Shown here: positions 37,797-51,892 of the stretch, piece after piece
How positions within the stretch are numbered: the first letter of the stretch is position 1
How the letters are laid out: each line of letters begins with the position of its first letter
Source: the human T2T-CHM13v2.0 reference genome, Homo sapiens
Reading direction: 5' to 3' (one strand)
DNA: 64,000 nucleotides
Assembly (NCBI RefSeq): GCF_009914755.1
Contig: NC_060936.1
Program-made: the position numbers and the translations under genes
Notes under the pieces: model-generated
Told to the model about the DNA's origin: nothing
What the model saw: only the letters and a program-made list of their open reading frames with translations
Databases searched by the model: none

Positions 37797-40469
37797 GTAA
37801 TAGTCAAAATATTGAACTTTATCATATGCCGGATACTGTGTTAAGCTCTTCAGAGGCATTAGCCCAGTTAATCATCAAACCCTATGTGATGGATGTTACT
37901 GCTTTCACCATTTTGTAGATAAAAGAATCGAGGGTCAGAGAAGTTACATGAATGTCCAGGATGGTGGGACTTGGAGGAGGAATGCCAACACCTACGCCCA
38001 GCTAGATCACTTATTTATTTGCTATCTTCCCTGAGAGGCCATTTAACTTACTTGAGCCAAAAGGTTCTCAACTCAGCTATAAAATGGAAATAATAATACT
38101 TGGCAATGTTGTGAAACCCAAATGATGTACTATATGTGAACGCACCCTGAATAGCAAATTCTATAAATTCAAAGCATAATAGAGATTAAGTATTTACAGT
38201 TTCCTTCTTTAAAGTATCTTTCTTATTTTACCACTTATCTTTGCCCCAAACTTTAAAAATTGTGATATTTCATAGGAGAAATTATTTTTCCTTATTGAAT
38301 CCAATATCTGAAGCTTTGTCTACCCAGTGTTGCTAGTCAGTGTTTTATTGCAGACTAACCTATTAATGACCTCTTTAAAAGTAAATTCCAACCACAGAAC
38401 CTGTCTTCCTGTGTAAGACTTTAGGTGCAGCAAATCATCATGCATCTACAGCAAGTTTTCCACTCTATATTGCTACTGCCAAAGAATCTCAGATGAGATA
38501 TGAGAGAAAATAAATTAGTCTCATATGATTCAAAATGTAGTGAACACTTTGCAAACAAGTATTTTTTAGCATCTTAAATAAATTTTGGTTGAATTACGTC
38601 TCATTTACAATATCACATTTCATCCTAATTTCAGTTGTTTTCCATATTGTCTCCTATTGACTTCTACTCCATTTCTCAAGAAGAGTAAACCTTACTTTAA
38701 TTTATCTCCGAATAGAAGATTGAAGGAAGACCCTGCTATAAGCATAGCGTCCTACACAAGGAATAGCTAGAGATGTAGGAAAATTTTTATTGATTGGAAA
38801 AAAAAAAGTGAGCTGACCTCCAATATTTTCTGTTAGGTTTTCTCTGTAATATGGCACAGGAAAAAATAAATAATAATTTGAAAAAAGAGGCAGCTTTTTC
38901 ATATTGCTATGGAGCAATTTATGAATAGGACATAAGTCCTTTTTTCCTCCTAAAATAGGGACTTTATGGGGTTTTCATCTTCTTTTTTATTAGTGGTTGG
39001 ATTATCTGATCATTTACATTATAAGAAACACATGAAAATCTAGAAAACATTTTACATTTTGTTACAGATTTACAAATAGCATGTTTTCACTTTCATTCTA
39101 AAACTAATTATTGATATCAGAAATTTGTATCTTACCTAGATCATTGGTTAACAAGACAGATTTTTAATTCATAAACTTTAATTCTTCATATGGCAGTCTG
39201 ATTGAACCAATACATTTTTTAAAAATTTATAGCTAATTGAAGTATAACATGAATTAAACACACATAGACTTCAAAATAAAGCATAAATAGAAGTGCATGG
39301 AAAGATGTACCGATGATTGGTTCTTAGGAAATTAATAATAAAGGCTAACATTTGTTGAACTCTTACCAAGTACGACCTGCAGTTATAATATGCGTTACTT
39401 CTTTTAATATTCACAATAATTTTATAATTAAGTACCATTGCTACTTTATAGTCAAACTATTAAGTGATTTGCCCAAGGACATGCCACAAAAAAAGTGATG
39501 AAGTTGGATTATGCAGGCACTGGTCGAACTCAACAAGCAGTGTTCCTCACCTCTCACCTACACTCTGGGTAACATTTATTTTTCAAAATCTTAACTATAT
39601 AAAGTATAGCAATGAAAAATGAAGGATGTTCTAAATGTAAATTGCCCTCACTTAAAAGCTTAAAAAGAAACTAGCTACAATGAAAGGAGAATTCGTATAT
39701 GTCAGCGTGATCTAGCGCAGTATTTGTAATAAAGCTGAGGTGGGGGGCAGTGGAATAAAGAAGGGAAAATCCCTAGGGGAATATATTAGAATTAAAAAGG
39801 AGCATTTTAATACTATGCACACACCACCTCCCAACTCTAGAATTTCCCACCAGTTTTTCTCCTGCCTTACGTAGCCTTTCAAATACTCTTTCTCTTCCCG
39901 GAACACCCTTTCTACCTCTCCCTCACTTCAGGGCTAAGTTCTGCAAGTTGATCTCTTCTAGACTATCAGAACCTTTCAAGCAAGGACCATGAGTTTTTTT
40001 ATTCATCTTAACATAATAATAAGTTGTAATAATTATAATAAATTATAATAAGTTATAACAACTTTTAAAACTATCACGATGCCTCCCACAGACTCAACAC
40101 TCAAGAAGTATTTGTTGAATAGACAAATATGATATATTTCAAAGTATCTCACAGTTTGCAACGCATTTTCTTATAATACCTCATTCTATTTTCATGATAA
40201 GCCCCTATGGTGAGTATTTAAATAAGAAGAAACCTGAGACACAGAGAAGCTAAGAAACTTGTCTAGATTCACAAATCCTGCAAAAAAAAAAACTGAGACT
40301 CAAACTCATGCCTTTCAGTTCTGCATCCAGTGTTGTTTCCCTCACAGCTCAGACAAGAAATTGGTCTTCTGGTAAATTATAAGGCCTACCTGTCATGTAC
40401 CTAATTTCATGTTCTAAAAAATTTTACTACACCGAAGTGTTTACATTCCACAGAAATTTTTTAACTTTT

Positions 40470-41110
40470 CATTTCAACTTAACTGTTTATTGCAGAGCGC
40501 AGTGGTAGTAAATAATAGATACAATCTTTGCCCTTGAGAGAACTTAAAGTTTAGTTAGAAAGGATCAGGAAAAAAAAAAAACACAAAGAACTGCAATTCA
40601 AAGCAAGAAAGACATGGTATAAGAGAGTCAACAGTTAGTTGGACAAATTTTATTAGGTAATTAATCTATGCACCAGCCTTAATACAATATGCTAGTACAT
40701 GAGGAATTTAAAAGAGGGGATTGTGGACTCAAAAGAAAGAGATACTAACAGACTCATGGGTATGGTAGAATCTGAGACAAAACTTGAAGAACTGGTTTAC
40801 TTTTAGAAGACAAATATAAAGGTAGTCATTCTGAGATAATAATGAGACGTTGAGTAAAAGCTACGATGTGGAGACGTGTGGGGCATGTTTTGGAGAGAGC
40901 CAGTTTAGTAAGAGTGATACAAAAAAAAGTTCTATTTCTTAGAATATAAGAGTGAAATATTAGGACCTTAAATGCCAGACTAAGGAATTCATTCATAATT
41001 TGATAAGCCATGTGGAGCCATTGAGAGTTTTGAGCAGGGGAATGACATTATTGGAGGTGGGGTTTATAAAGATTGACCTACCAGTGAATACAGGATGCTG
41101 TAAGAAGCTC
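40470..41110 (-). mobile_element. L2 fragments
   Basis: CCTTAAATGCCAGACTAAGGAATT..GGAGCCATTGAGAGTTTTGAGCAGGGGAATGACAT. Confidence 0.7.
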
Positions 41111-41959
41111 AAAGTAGGGACACTAGTCAAGTTTTCAAAGATAAAAATGATAAAGTAGCATCACTTAATTACACCATTGTATCTCAGAAAATATTTAGGT
41201 GATCTAAAATAAACATATTCTTTTAGTTTATTCCCTCAAATAGATAAAATGAGTTTAAGAGAGTCCCTGATGATGAGTTTTTATACTAAACAAAATGCTT
41301 ATTTGGGTGAGAGATTGCAACTCAGTATGGTTAAATTAGATTTGTTATTTCTTAGAACTACATTCCCTTTGGTACTTGTAGAGAACTTCTATTTCTGATT
41401 TAAAAAGAACACAAGGCATATGGCAATTTTTCATAGTTATTACAGGTGACATCTAAACTGGCAGAGTGCAGACAAAGGAAAGGCATATAAATTAGACAAA
41501 TAAAAGTTTCTTTAGACTCATACACAAACACCAACAGAAGTGTACAAAGAGATAATGAACTTGCCTAGGATCACTGCAACTGAATGAACAAGCCCAGATA
41601 TCTATCAATTCCAAAATGTATTCGACATAAAAGTCAAGTTATGTTTTTTATTGCTGTTTTCAAAAGCAGCCATTTTTAGGATATTTGTGTTTCTGATATG
41701 TTAACCAAAATGTTTTATGTATGGTGTCCATTTTAATGGTGTCAATACTGAGTATATTGTGCTAATAATGACCATAACAATTGGCATCTCTAAACAACAT
41801 AGAAGGTCAACTTCATTGATTTAACTTGAAGTTTTTAGCAAATAAAATAGGAAAGTATTTTCCTTGATGCTGGCTATTGAGTCTGGCACTTACTGGCACT
41901 GAATAAGCAGTTTTTTAATGATAACTATCTTATACTAGAGAGATATGACTTTGAAACTA

Positions 41960-42250
41960 CGTTGTATTCGTTGACCAAAAAAATTCTTAGAGTTATAAAT
42001 TCTGTGAAATGATCTACAAAAGAAAAAATTATATTGTCAATTGAATTTTGGAAATTTGTGTATTTTTTTCTTTTGGAGATACATACTGTGTAGTAGCATA
42101 TTAAAGTCTAACATGTGCTACCTAAAAATAAAACCTATTTAACTTTCTTTAACCCAGTGCTTTCCAAACTTATTTGACCATGAAATTGATTAATCTTCCT
42201 TGAACATATATTCAGATTCCATGCTGACTTTAGGAAATTTTGCCAGAGAA
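41960..42250. mobile_element. MER103-like hAT-Charlie element
   Basis: AAACCTATTTAACTTTCTTTAACCCAGTGCTTTCCAAACTTATTTGACCA resembles the MER103 core. Confidence 0.6.
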
Positions 42251-43723
42251 CAAGGAAAGCAGCATTATATACCAGAGAAATGTGAAGTTTTAATAAAAGA
42301 TCTGCTCACCACTAATCCCAGTTCCCACAAAAACTGCTATAGTGTCCTGTAACCTCACCCAACACCTCAACCCAATAGGTGTTCAAATTTAACCTAAGTG
42401 TTTACAGGATTTTCATAGTCCTATCTAATTCTGCCTCAAAAATAGAAAATTATCTCTGATTATTTTATCTCCCCATCTCTGCTGCCTCCATCCGTTCATT
42501 CAACCAAGGCTTTCTATGTTCTGACTCCACAACAGGAAGCATGACATATGTTGAAATGAACTCATGAGCAGACCTCATGGTCCTCACCTTCACTAAACAA
42601 GCAGGGTAGTAGAAGAAAAAGACAAGGAAAGAGCCTGATATGTCTTTGCTAAGGAAAATACCTTGGGTTGTGGGAACTGCCTTGGTGGATAAAGGTAGTT
42701 CTGTGAATAAACCAAAATCTGAAGGATGAGTAGGTAAGAGGGAAGGAAGAGTTTCAAACAAGGTCTTTGTGTGGGAGAGCACGGCTTTATGGGGAAAAAT
42801 AAGTGCAGTAATTCATTCCATTCATGCAGTACAGAGCCTAAGGGAAAATATTTTTTACTGTTGGATTTCCCTTGTCAGGAAAGCTTAGAAACACTAAGCA
42901 AACCCTGGTACATGTAGGATAATCTGGAGGCAGAATGAGTGGCATCACACCTCTTACAAGCTTTACCTTTGGCTCTTTAATCAGGTAGCTACAGGTATTG
43001 GGAGGTAAGGGGGCTGATGCTCAATTCCTCCAACCCCTAACTCCCATGTCTTAAGCCCAGAGTTGCAAAGGGTGACCCACCTACATCATAACTCCTCCTA
43101 CAGTGCTTTACCTCTGGGGTTTTATCCAACTTTGGAGAAATTCCTTCATGCAGACTCTGGGTCTTGATTGCAATCATATCTTCAGGCCAGAGCACTTCTT
43201 TATTGAGATAGAACACAGCTCTTTGAAGTATATTCCCAAAATACAATATATGTTAGAATACTTCTGGCCAGGCCTATATTGATGTGTTTACTTCTTGTCA
43301 AAATATTCATTTGTCTTTGAGGAGAAGACCCCCCAGATTTTGAAATCAATGTGTAAGCCATATAGAAGCAAAATTAGAGTTTCTACAATTGAAAATTTCA
43401 GCATTTTTCACATAATCTCAAAAATACCAAACTGGCAACATTCCAGTAAAATGAAGATTAAAATGTTTTAAAAAATGAAAAACTGGAATATGTTAGTATA
43501 TGCAATTATTCTACATTTTTGAAAGGAAACATTCACAGGAGAATGTGCTCATTTATCATCCTGACCAGACCTCTCCCACTCTTTTCTCTTTAAAGTTGAA
43601 AATGCTGCAATTATTCTGTTATGCCTCATAAAATAGTAAATTATCTCCAATTACTGTACAGTCACAGTAGCAGTAAAAAGCTTGTGTAGAACAACATACT
43701 CCCCATAGTCATCTTGAAATTTA

Positions 43724-43930
43724 TTAGAATATCATAAAATTATAACTCAGAAAGGAGTTTCAAAAACATGTCTAGTCCATTTTTATTACCTCTGGGCAGG
43801 ACTGAGTTGCACATAATTCCAGGAAACTATCTAAAGAGAAGATTCAACAATTATTCTTGTTAGCTAGAGGGTTCAATCACACTTACATAGTGAGAAATAT
43901 TTTTCCTATATGATACATTTCTTAAATGTT
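43724..43930 (-). mobile_element. L3/CR1 3' end relic
   Basis: TAGAATATCATAAAAT..GAAAGGA..TCTAGTCCA..GGCAGGA..AGAAGATTCAACAA..GTGAGAAATATTTTTCCTATA pattern. Confidence 0.45.
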
Positions 43931-44539
43931 TCCTCATGTTCATATGCAGCTAAATTCTCAAAATTCACTTCTACCACCTCAACCCAAGTGAATGGCATCT
44001 GAGCAATACATAAACAACAAATTTTACCCTTATGAACTTAGGAAAAACCTTTCATTTATTTGCCACAATATTTTCATTTTCATCTGAAAGACAGCACTAC
44101 CTAGACAAATTTTTAACCCCCTTAAGTGAAATATCAAAAATAGTGTTTTAAGAGCAGGAGGTAACCTTGCCTCTGCACAAAAACATCTTGTTCTTTCCAC
44201 AGAAACCATAAAGTAAGCACAGCTTTCACCACTGATATTGCAGAATATTAAGTAATTTTTTTAAATTATAATTACTAATTTTTGTTGGGAATCAGGGCAA
44301 TGCCAGATATCCTTTGTAAAATTTTAACACAGTCAACTGTTCCTTTATTGCTCAGCATGCCATCCAGGCTCCATTCCAGGGCATGCCCTTCCACAGTTTA
44401 GGGTTGCTTTGAATATTTCTACAGGATTTTTCAGACATTAGCCTGTCAATCAAATATGCAGTAAGTTCTCATAAAATTTCTCACTTCCCCACACCCTGAA
44501 AGCTATAATGAGCAAACAGAGTAGATTCTAATGATGTGA

Positions 44540-44780
44540 ACAAGATAGCATACAACCTTTGAACTTAGATATTTGTTTGATACCTGGTTCTGTCACTAAC
44601 TAGCTGGATGACCTTGGAAATATCATTTGTCTTCTCTAAATTTCAGGTACCTTGTCATTAAAATGGGAATCATGATGGTTGCCTCATAGGTTAGAGTAGG
44701 ATTAGTTGAGATAATTAATGGAAAACAAATAATAGGTGGTAAAGAAAACTGGCCCTCAGCCCATGTTTGTAGTTACTATG
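44540..44780 (+). mobile_element. MIR
   Basis: CCTGGTTCTGTCACTAACTAGCTGGATGACCTTGGAAA..AAAATGGGAAT..GCCTCATAGGGTT. Confidence 0.8.
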
Positions 44781-47259
44781 GCTGATATTTTTGTTGTTCT
44801 TAGTACTACTATGTCTATTGGGAGTGCCAGAGGATGATGGCCCAAAAAGCCTAACGAAGACATTTAGGATTGGTATTAGTGTTCAGTAGGAGAAGTGCTT
44901 GGGGTTTTACACTGGCAGGGATGTACACAATATTCAATGGAGGAAAAGATAGGTGAAAATTAGGAAGGCAAAGTATTTCCTGCACGTGTTGGTGAGGTGT
45001 TGACTTAGGATCCACACAAATCAAGCAAAACACTCTCTTATTTGTGTCTTATTTCATAAGTGAGGAACTCACAGCATAGGGTATTAATATAACATGCCCA
45101 ACGTGGGTGAACTAAGGATTCAAACTTCAGATTTCAAAGTCCAAAGTGAATGCTTTGTTCACTTTTACCAGGCTTGCCCTCTGCCATTTACAAGAGCAGT
45201 CTTTCCCATATTCTTCCCTAAGCAGACAACAATTTAGCCCTTACCTATATTGAATTCTCATAGTATGCTATACTCACTTTATTATAGGATAACTATTTGC
45301 TGTATTCTGTCACTTTCTGCTAAATTGTGAGCTCTGGGAGGTCAAGGAGAATTTTCCATTCAGCTACATATCTCAGAGCCTACACCAAAATCCTGAGTTT
45401 CACCTCTGAAGGCCTGAGTAGGCAAGTTGCTCCTCTCCCCCTCCAGTGAGGAGGGCAAGTAAGATTCTATCTGGGCTCCTCTGAAATCCACGAGCAGCTC
45501 TCCAAATAGAGAAGCACTGATGTAGAGATTGTTGGGTAATAAAATTAATGAGGAAGCCATGGTACAAAATTTTAACACCTTTCTGTTCTGAACTAAAGTT
45601 AAATTCTTGAGTGTAGGCGTTCCTTCTTGAAAGTCCTGTTACTGGAGAGATTAATCTACCAGCAATATACAAAGACAGATTAGTGAGAGATGGTGGTCCC
45701 AATAAAATCATTTATAGGCTAATTACATTCCTTCTTCACTCAGTTTTACTACAATTAAAATGTAAAAGGTCTGTTTACATTTTTGGTGCCTCAATATGTA
45801 TTGAGAAATACAATATTGTTAAGCAGGTTTTCACTTTGCATTTCTCTGCTTTAATATAATGAAGTCATTATCCATGCGGACCCACAATGCTCCGTGTTAA
45901 ATTCGCCAACTGCTGTTCTGTACATTCCCTCAGCCAATTTATTTCAATTTCAGAAGGAGCAACCAACTCCACAGTGGATGACTGCTGACTGCAGTTCCAC
46001 ACCATCACTCTTCAAGAGTAAACTCAAATCAAGGAAAAAGCTTCCACATGTGAGCATGGGTGTGCTCAATCTCCTGTTAGCTGCAGCCACAGTTTCAGGC
46101 CTGATAGACCCCAGCTTCTGCCCATGGGGTGCAGAGCTACAGACAGCTCACCTGCCTCTACCACAGGACAGATCACAGGACAGGCTGTGTGTGTGTGTGT
46201 GTGTATTACATCATATATATATATATATATAAAATAAATAGGTTGCATACAGAAGATTTTCAAACCAATCATTAACACATGTAAGAGCTAGGTCATATTA
46301 TTTATGGCACTGTTGGTGGTAGCCAGATATCATAAATGCAGTGTCATAAATACTTTTGTATGAAATTATATAATTCTTAGGGTAACACCTTAAAACTCAT
46401 AATTTGCAGAGTTCCAGGGTTAGAGCCTAAATGTTCAGAAATTTTCCACAAATGGCTATCATCAATTTAAAATAGCTATGTTTACCAAATAAATTTGTAC
46501 TGAGCTAGACACGTGGATTAGCAAATCTGTAGCACAGAGCCGAGAAAGGAACCCCTTGGTCCTTTTGACCTCCCTGCTCTTGTCTCTTATTTTCTCTGTT
46601 TGCTGATTCCATCAAATAATTTGATCTTTTTAGAGCTGATCTAGCCTGTTGTTTGACAAGACCCTTTTTTCTTGAACTACATTATCACTTAACCCATTAC
46701 CTTGTACTTGTGAACAGCATATTAGAATGAATCATTTTGCCATTTAACATGTGTGGTTAAAAATTATTGGTTATGTATTGAACTCCACTAAAACTATGAT
46801 TTTAATATAGAAGCTGATGTTTCAAGAAATCAGCAGTCTCTACTGGGTTAGGTTTTTCAAAGTTTGGGTTGTGCATGATCATAAGGTTAAACATTTTTCA
46901 AGTGTAACATTAAGAACAAATTTTTCATGTAATTTGGATAGATAAGTCATTTCATTCAAGTCTATATACAATTTTCTTGTGCTAATCTTGATGTAAAAAC
47001 TAATGGTAGACTGTCTTTTTCTGCTTTTGTTGTTTAAAATGACAGTAATCAAGTTTACCATCTCCACCATTTAATAAAGCAAACAGCACTAGTATAGAAA
47101 TTAGAAAGGAAATAAAAGGAGCATTTAGTGAATGTCAGTGTTGATCTAGTCAATCATTGTACATGTGTTAGCTCCTCTAGTTTCCACAAAGCCAAAATGA
47201 AGTCGTTATTATCTGAGTTTTACAGGTGTTAAGAAATTTACCAAATGTGCCCTGGTAGC

Positions 47260-48130
47260 TCTTTAAATGTTGTGTTCCACAGGCTCCCTATCCTGAGCAC
47301 TCTAATTTTCTATGGTACGTAATTTACCTGGGTGATCTCATCTCTTTACTTGGTTTCAATTGCTACTTATATACTCTGATTACTCTCAAATCCATTATTT
47401 TCCACTGTTACCTTTCTTCTCAACTTCAGATCCAGATATCCAACTGCCTACTAAACATCTCTTCCTTGTCCCTAGACATATAATCCTTCACTTACCCACT
47501 TTTGAATTCCCTATTCTCTATGTTTCCTGTGGTTGCTGGTACCATCCAGCCAAAGTAGGAAAGGGCTGGTCGTTTTCTTCTTCTCCATTACCCCTAATAT
47601 ATTCCTACAAATTTTATCTCCTCTATAATGTACAAAAGCAACTAGAGAATCTGTGCCTGTCCTCTCCACTCTCACTAACTTCTTATTGTGTCTATCATCA
47701 TATCCTGCCTGAACTTTTAACAGGTCCTCCTGCCTTCAGTTTTAGCCTCCTGAACTTTGTCCTCCATACTACTGCTGGAGAAGTCAATAGTAAACAATGC
47801 AAGTATGCCATTTTGCTTTTTAAAAACCTTTAATGGTTCTCCATTTCCTGGAGAAAACAGGCCAAGCTTCCTAACAAGTCCCTCCTTGATCTGGTTCACG
47901 CTTTCTTCTATAAAACTTTACCGCTCTTCAGTTTTTTGACCCCTGACTTTTTTCTCCAGACACACAACTCCTTACATATTTTCTCACATAAGGTGTTTTT
48001 TTTTTTAGTCATAACTTTTCTTCAGCTGAGAAGGTCCTTCTTATCTACCCTTTCACTTTTTCTATCTAACTCCTCCTCACCCTTTAAGATTCAGTAAATG
48101 TCACTATCACCAGAAATCCTTTTCTGACCC
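47260..48130 (+). mobile_element. L2 body (ORF2 3' part/3'UTR)
   Basis: Pyrimidine-rich; CCTGGGTGATCTCATC..CTCTCAAATC..ATATCCAACTGCCTACTAAACATCTC..TTAAAAACCTTTAATGGTTCTCCATT. Confidence 0.8.
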
Positions 48131-48767
48131 AGTCTTACAAAAATTTGTAAGGGTCTTATATTTTGGAATTTGTTAACTAAATGTCTAGAGTTGACGTGAC
48201 AGCAAGAAAGATATTCTTGTAAATGAACTCAAGAAACCCAGGACTCACTGAAACAAAGAGGAACATTTCAAATCATTTTGGAAGATTCCTTTACTTCCTG
48301 AATTAATTCATAAGTTGTTTTTTTTTTCTAAGCTAAATTACTTAAATAGCTTTATTCTCCCCTTGAGTAAGGACAGAAGCTAATTAGGCATTCTCCAAGG
48401 CACAGATGGGAAAAATATCATCTCCCTTCCTCTTTTCTTAATCCCCAGTATAGCCAGATGTAGTGAAGGTCCCAGCTGCCTCCTAAAGACCTGCTGTGGA
48501 ACAACAGGATCCAAGAGACTGAGGGAGCCAATCAAGCTTAACATTTGCATGCGAAGGCCTCCCAGAAGCAAGGAATTCAGCTCCCTGGCTCCCTATCTGT
48601 TCTGCTGCTTGTGGGCAATAGCACCACACAAAGAAATGGGCCTGTGCTTAGGAAAAAATATATATATATTTACCCAAGTCAGAATGTTCGTATGCGGCGA
48701 TGAGAACCCAATCAATTCAAGAGGACAGAGCAATTAATTTATATATCAGTTATAAAAATACAAATTG

Positions 48768-48950
48768 ATATAAACATGGGAACAATAAGACACTGTGGAC
48801 TACTAGAAGGGGGAGAGAGAAAGGGAGGCATGGATTGAAAAACTACCTATTGGGCACTAGGCTCACTACCTAGGTGTAATATTCCCATGTAGCAAATCTG
48901 CACCCGTACCTACTGTATCTAAAATCAAAGTTAAAATTTAAAAAAAATAT
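48768..48950 (+). mobile_element. L1PB/old L1PA 3' end
   Basis: GGGAACAATAAGACACTG.GGACTACTAGA..TTGAAAAACTACCTATTGGG; TSD-like ATAAAAAT(A/G)CAAA flanks. Confidence 0.85.
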
Positions 48951-49419
48951 ATAAAAATGCAAAATTTGAGAGGGAGAGCTGCTTAAAACAGCTTCAAGGA
49001 TTTTTATCTTTCTTGAATTTCTATTTAGCAGTCAATGTTTCACACTCTTAGTATATAAGTTATCAAAACTAACACATTTTCAGTAAAACTGGACTTCAAT
49101 GATGTAACTTATGCAAAGTAGCCTCTAAAACATGGTTTTTCCCTTATGTAGATCAGCTGAGTGAACTGTAAGCATCAAAGAAATCTATATGAAAATGTAT
49201 GTTTATCAAAAAGTTATATGATGTTTCATGTGATTAAATTCTAAGAAGATGTTCCTAAATGTCTCATTCTTACAGCTGCAAAGCAGTGTTGACATCATCC
49301 GATCCAAATTCCCTGCTTTACAGCTGAAAATCCAATGCATGTAGCAGTTCAGTGACTTTAATGATGGCACAGCCAGTGTTAGCCTAGAAACCCAAGGTGC
49401 CTGACCTTGAAGGAAGTTC

Positions 49420-49622
49420 ATATGTATACACATATTTGTGTATGTATATATATCTATATATATATATAGATATATATACACACACACACATTTGTATATA
49501 TATATACACACACACACATATTCGTGTACATATATACACACATATTTGTATATGTATATATATGCATATGTTCATACATCTATCACCAATCACATACATA
49601 TATGTAACCTGAATATATATAT
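49420..49622. repeat. Degenerate (TA)/(CA)/(TG) low-complexity tract
   Basis: Direct read. Confidence 0.9.
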
Positions 49623-50751
49623 CCAGGTTAGGAATCTGTTTGTCTTCCTTCAGATTACTCCTAACCCCTGCCTTCTGTCTTCCTTCTCCTCTGGCAAACC
49701 CATTTTCCAATCACGAGCATCCCATTGCCCACTTACACACTGCTCACCACCCAGAATGTAGGGACTGAGTCTTACTCCCAAGAGACTCACTTCAAGCCAC
49801 CTCCTTCCCAGCCATTGCTGGACTTGGCATCTGAATATGTTTTGTTCTGCAGGAGTAGATAGCCTCATATACTAATCAAGGGTGAAAGTTTTCTTTGTCT
49901 GTCGGGTTTCCTCTAACATCTTATGAATAATCTTAAATAAAATGTAGGGAAAGCTTTCAGTAACATCAAATAGATCTCAAAAGAAAGGCAGACTGCTATT
50001 CAACATTGCTAGCCTCTCTCTGATTCTAGAAGCAAAGCCTCTGAATAAAGGGTTCAATTTTACACTTTTGTTCTATCCCCACTCAGGACTTGCTAACCAC
50101 AATCACCCCCTCACCCCATAATCTGCTCCCATGCCCATTTCTTAGTGTGGGTATAAAGTCAGGCCAGAGACAGCTAACGAGCAATGAGTCGGCTGCACTT
50201 GCGTACTGAGCCACCAGAGGTGCTAATAGACAGGAAATTTTCTTATTAGATGCTTTCAAAAAATAAAATTCTGGAGCCCAAGTATTGTCTTTAATGTCCT
50301 AAGGGCAGATCTTGTATAGAGAACTCAAGCCTTGTATTTGTTTAAATATCAAGAACCTGTCAATGTATTGAATAATATACAAATAGTAGATGTAATTCAA
50401 TTTGACTAGTGTTTATTAAGTTCCTAATACAAGATAGCCTGATAGATACAAAAAAGTGAAAAGCCCTGCTTCTGTGGTAAAGGGGAACTAAGAAAAGCTG
50501 AATTTAACCACACAGATTAATGAAAATATTCTGCTCTTGTCATTGCTTTCAGCACTTTTTGAAGTAGATGTCTTCTGTTTATCATATTTCCTGGCAAGAT
50601 TTATAAGAGTCTTCAAATTATAAATCTTTAGCACATCTTGAGTAAACTCTCATTTCTTCAAACTCTTCATCACTCGTATAATTAGAAATAAAAGACTGTA
50701 GAAAAATATGAAATTCCTTTGAAAGAAGTCAATAAAGAGATTCATATTTCA

Positions 50752-51074
<323 letters not shown>

Positions 51075-51834
51075 TCAAATGCACATGAACATTTAACTAG
51101 TTATTAAAAATTTCCAATAAATTGAGCTATTACTAAACTGGAATATACCTAATTCAGATTCCAAATGTGATGAGTAAGACACATTTTTCTGGTCAAAAAG
51201 TAAGTTCCATTCATTTTATTGCCTATAAATTGAGTCTGGTAAGTTTGAGTGAGAGATATTTGAGCATTATGATTTTTAAGGTAATGCTTTGTTTCCATCA
51301 AGTTCTTAGTAAATAATAAATTCTCAGTTATTTGGAGAAAGATGGCTTTTATTTTCCCCATATTGCCTAAGCCTCCAAGTTATAATTCTAACTGTTCATC
51401 CAACTTGCTCTATTTTTTATATAAATGATGACACCTCCTAAGTAAAGTGATCATTAACATCCATCATTTTTAAAAGCAGTTTCACTGAAAATGAAGAATG
51501 ATAATGAGAAGAGAGCCTAGTTTTACAAAAGGGAATTTTACCTTTTCTGTGGAGACAATTTCTACAGTCACCCACAGAAACTTGTATGTTTAATTCAGTT
51601 ATGATGGAAAGAATAAAATATCTCTTAAAAGCTTCAAACTAATTTACCATTTTATCCGCAAGTTTCTAGTAGGCTCTAACACTAAGCAAACCAGAAGCCA
51701 GTGGATTTCTAGACAGAACCTACCTTAAGTGCCCATCTATCTAAAAATGTGCTTTAAGTTGGGTGCCTCAGCATTACAATTCCTATCAATGGGTCCAGTA
51801 CTCGGTAACACTCTGTTACATGTATCTCTAAAAA

Positions 51835-51838
<4 letters not shown>

Positions 51839-51890
<52 letters not shown>
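51839..51890. repeat. Perfect (GT)26 microsatellite
   Basis: Direct read. Confidence 0.95.

Positions 51891-51892
<2 letters not shown>

Noticed and set aside
37446-37918. 132-aa and 96-aa ORFs
   Set aside because: They run through the GC-rich MER61 LTR and flanking MIR; not coding
41265-41400. TGATGA...CTGA as a possible C/D snoRNA
   Set aside because: No terminal stem or recognisable rRNA/snRNA guide; such words are frequent in AT-rich DNA
47360-47833. 157-aa ORF on + strand
   Set aside because: Lies within a decayed L2; pyrimidine bias lowers stop frequency; no recognisable intact domain
49206-49761. Several overlapping Y/I/C/V-rich ORFs
   Set aside because: Translations of TA/CA/TG low-complexity sequence
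50183-50226. CTCF-like GCCACCAGAGGTGCTA with a nearby AP-1-like TGAGTCG
   Set aside because: Core is one base short of CCASYAGRKGGCRS and the AP-1 site is mismatched; not supportable without ChIP data
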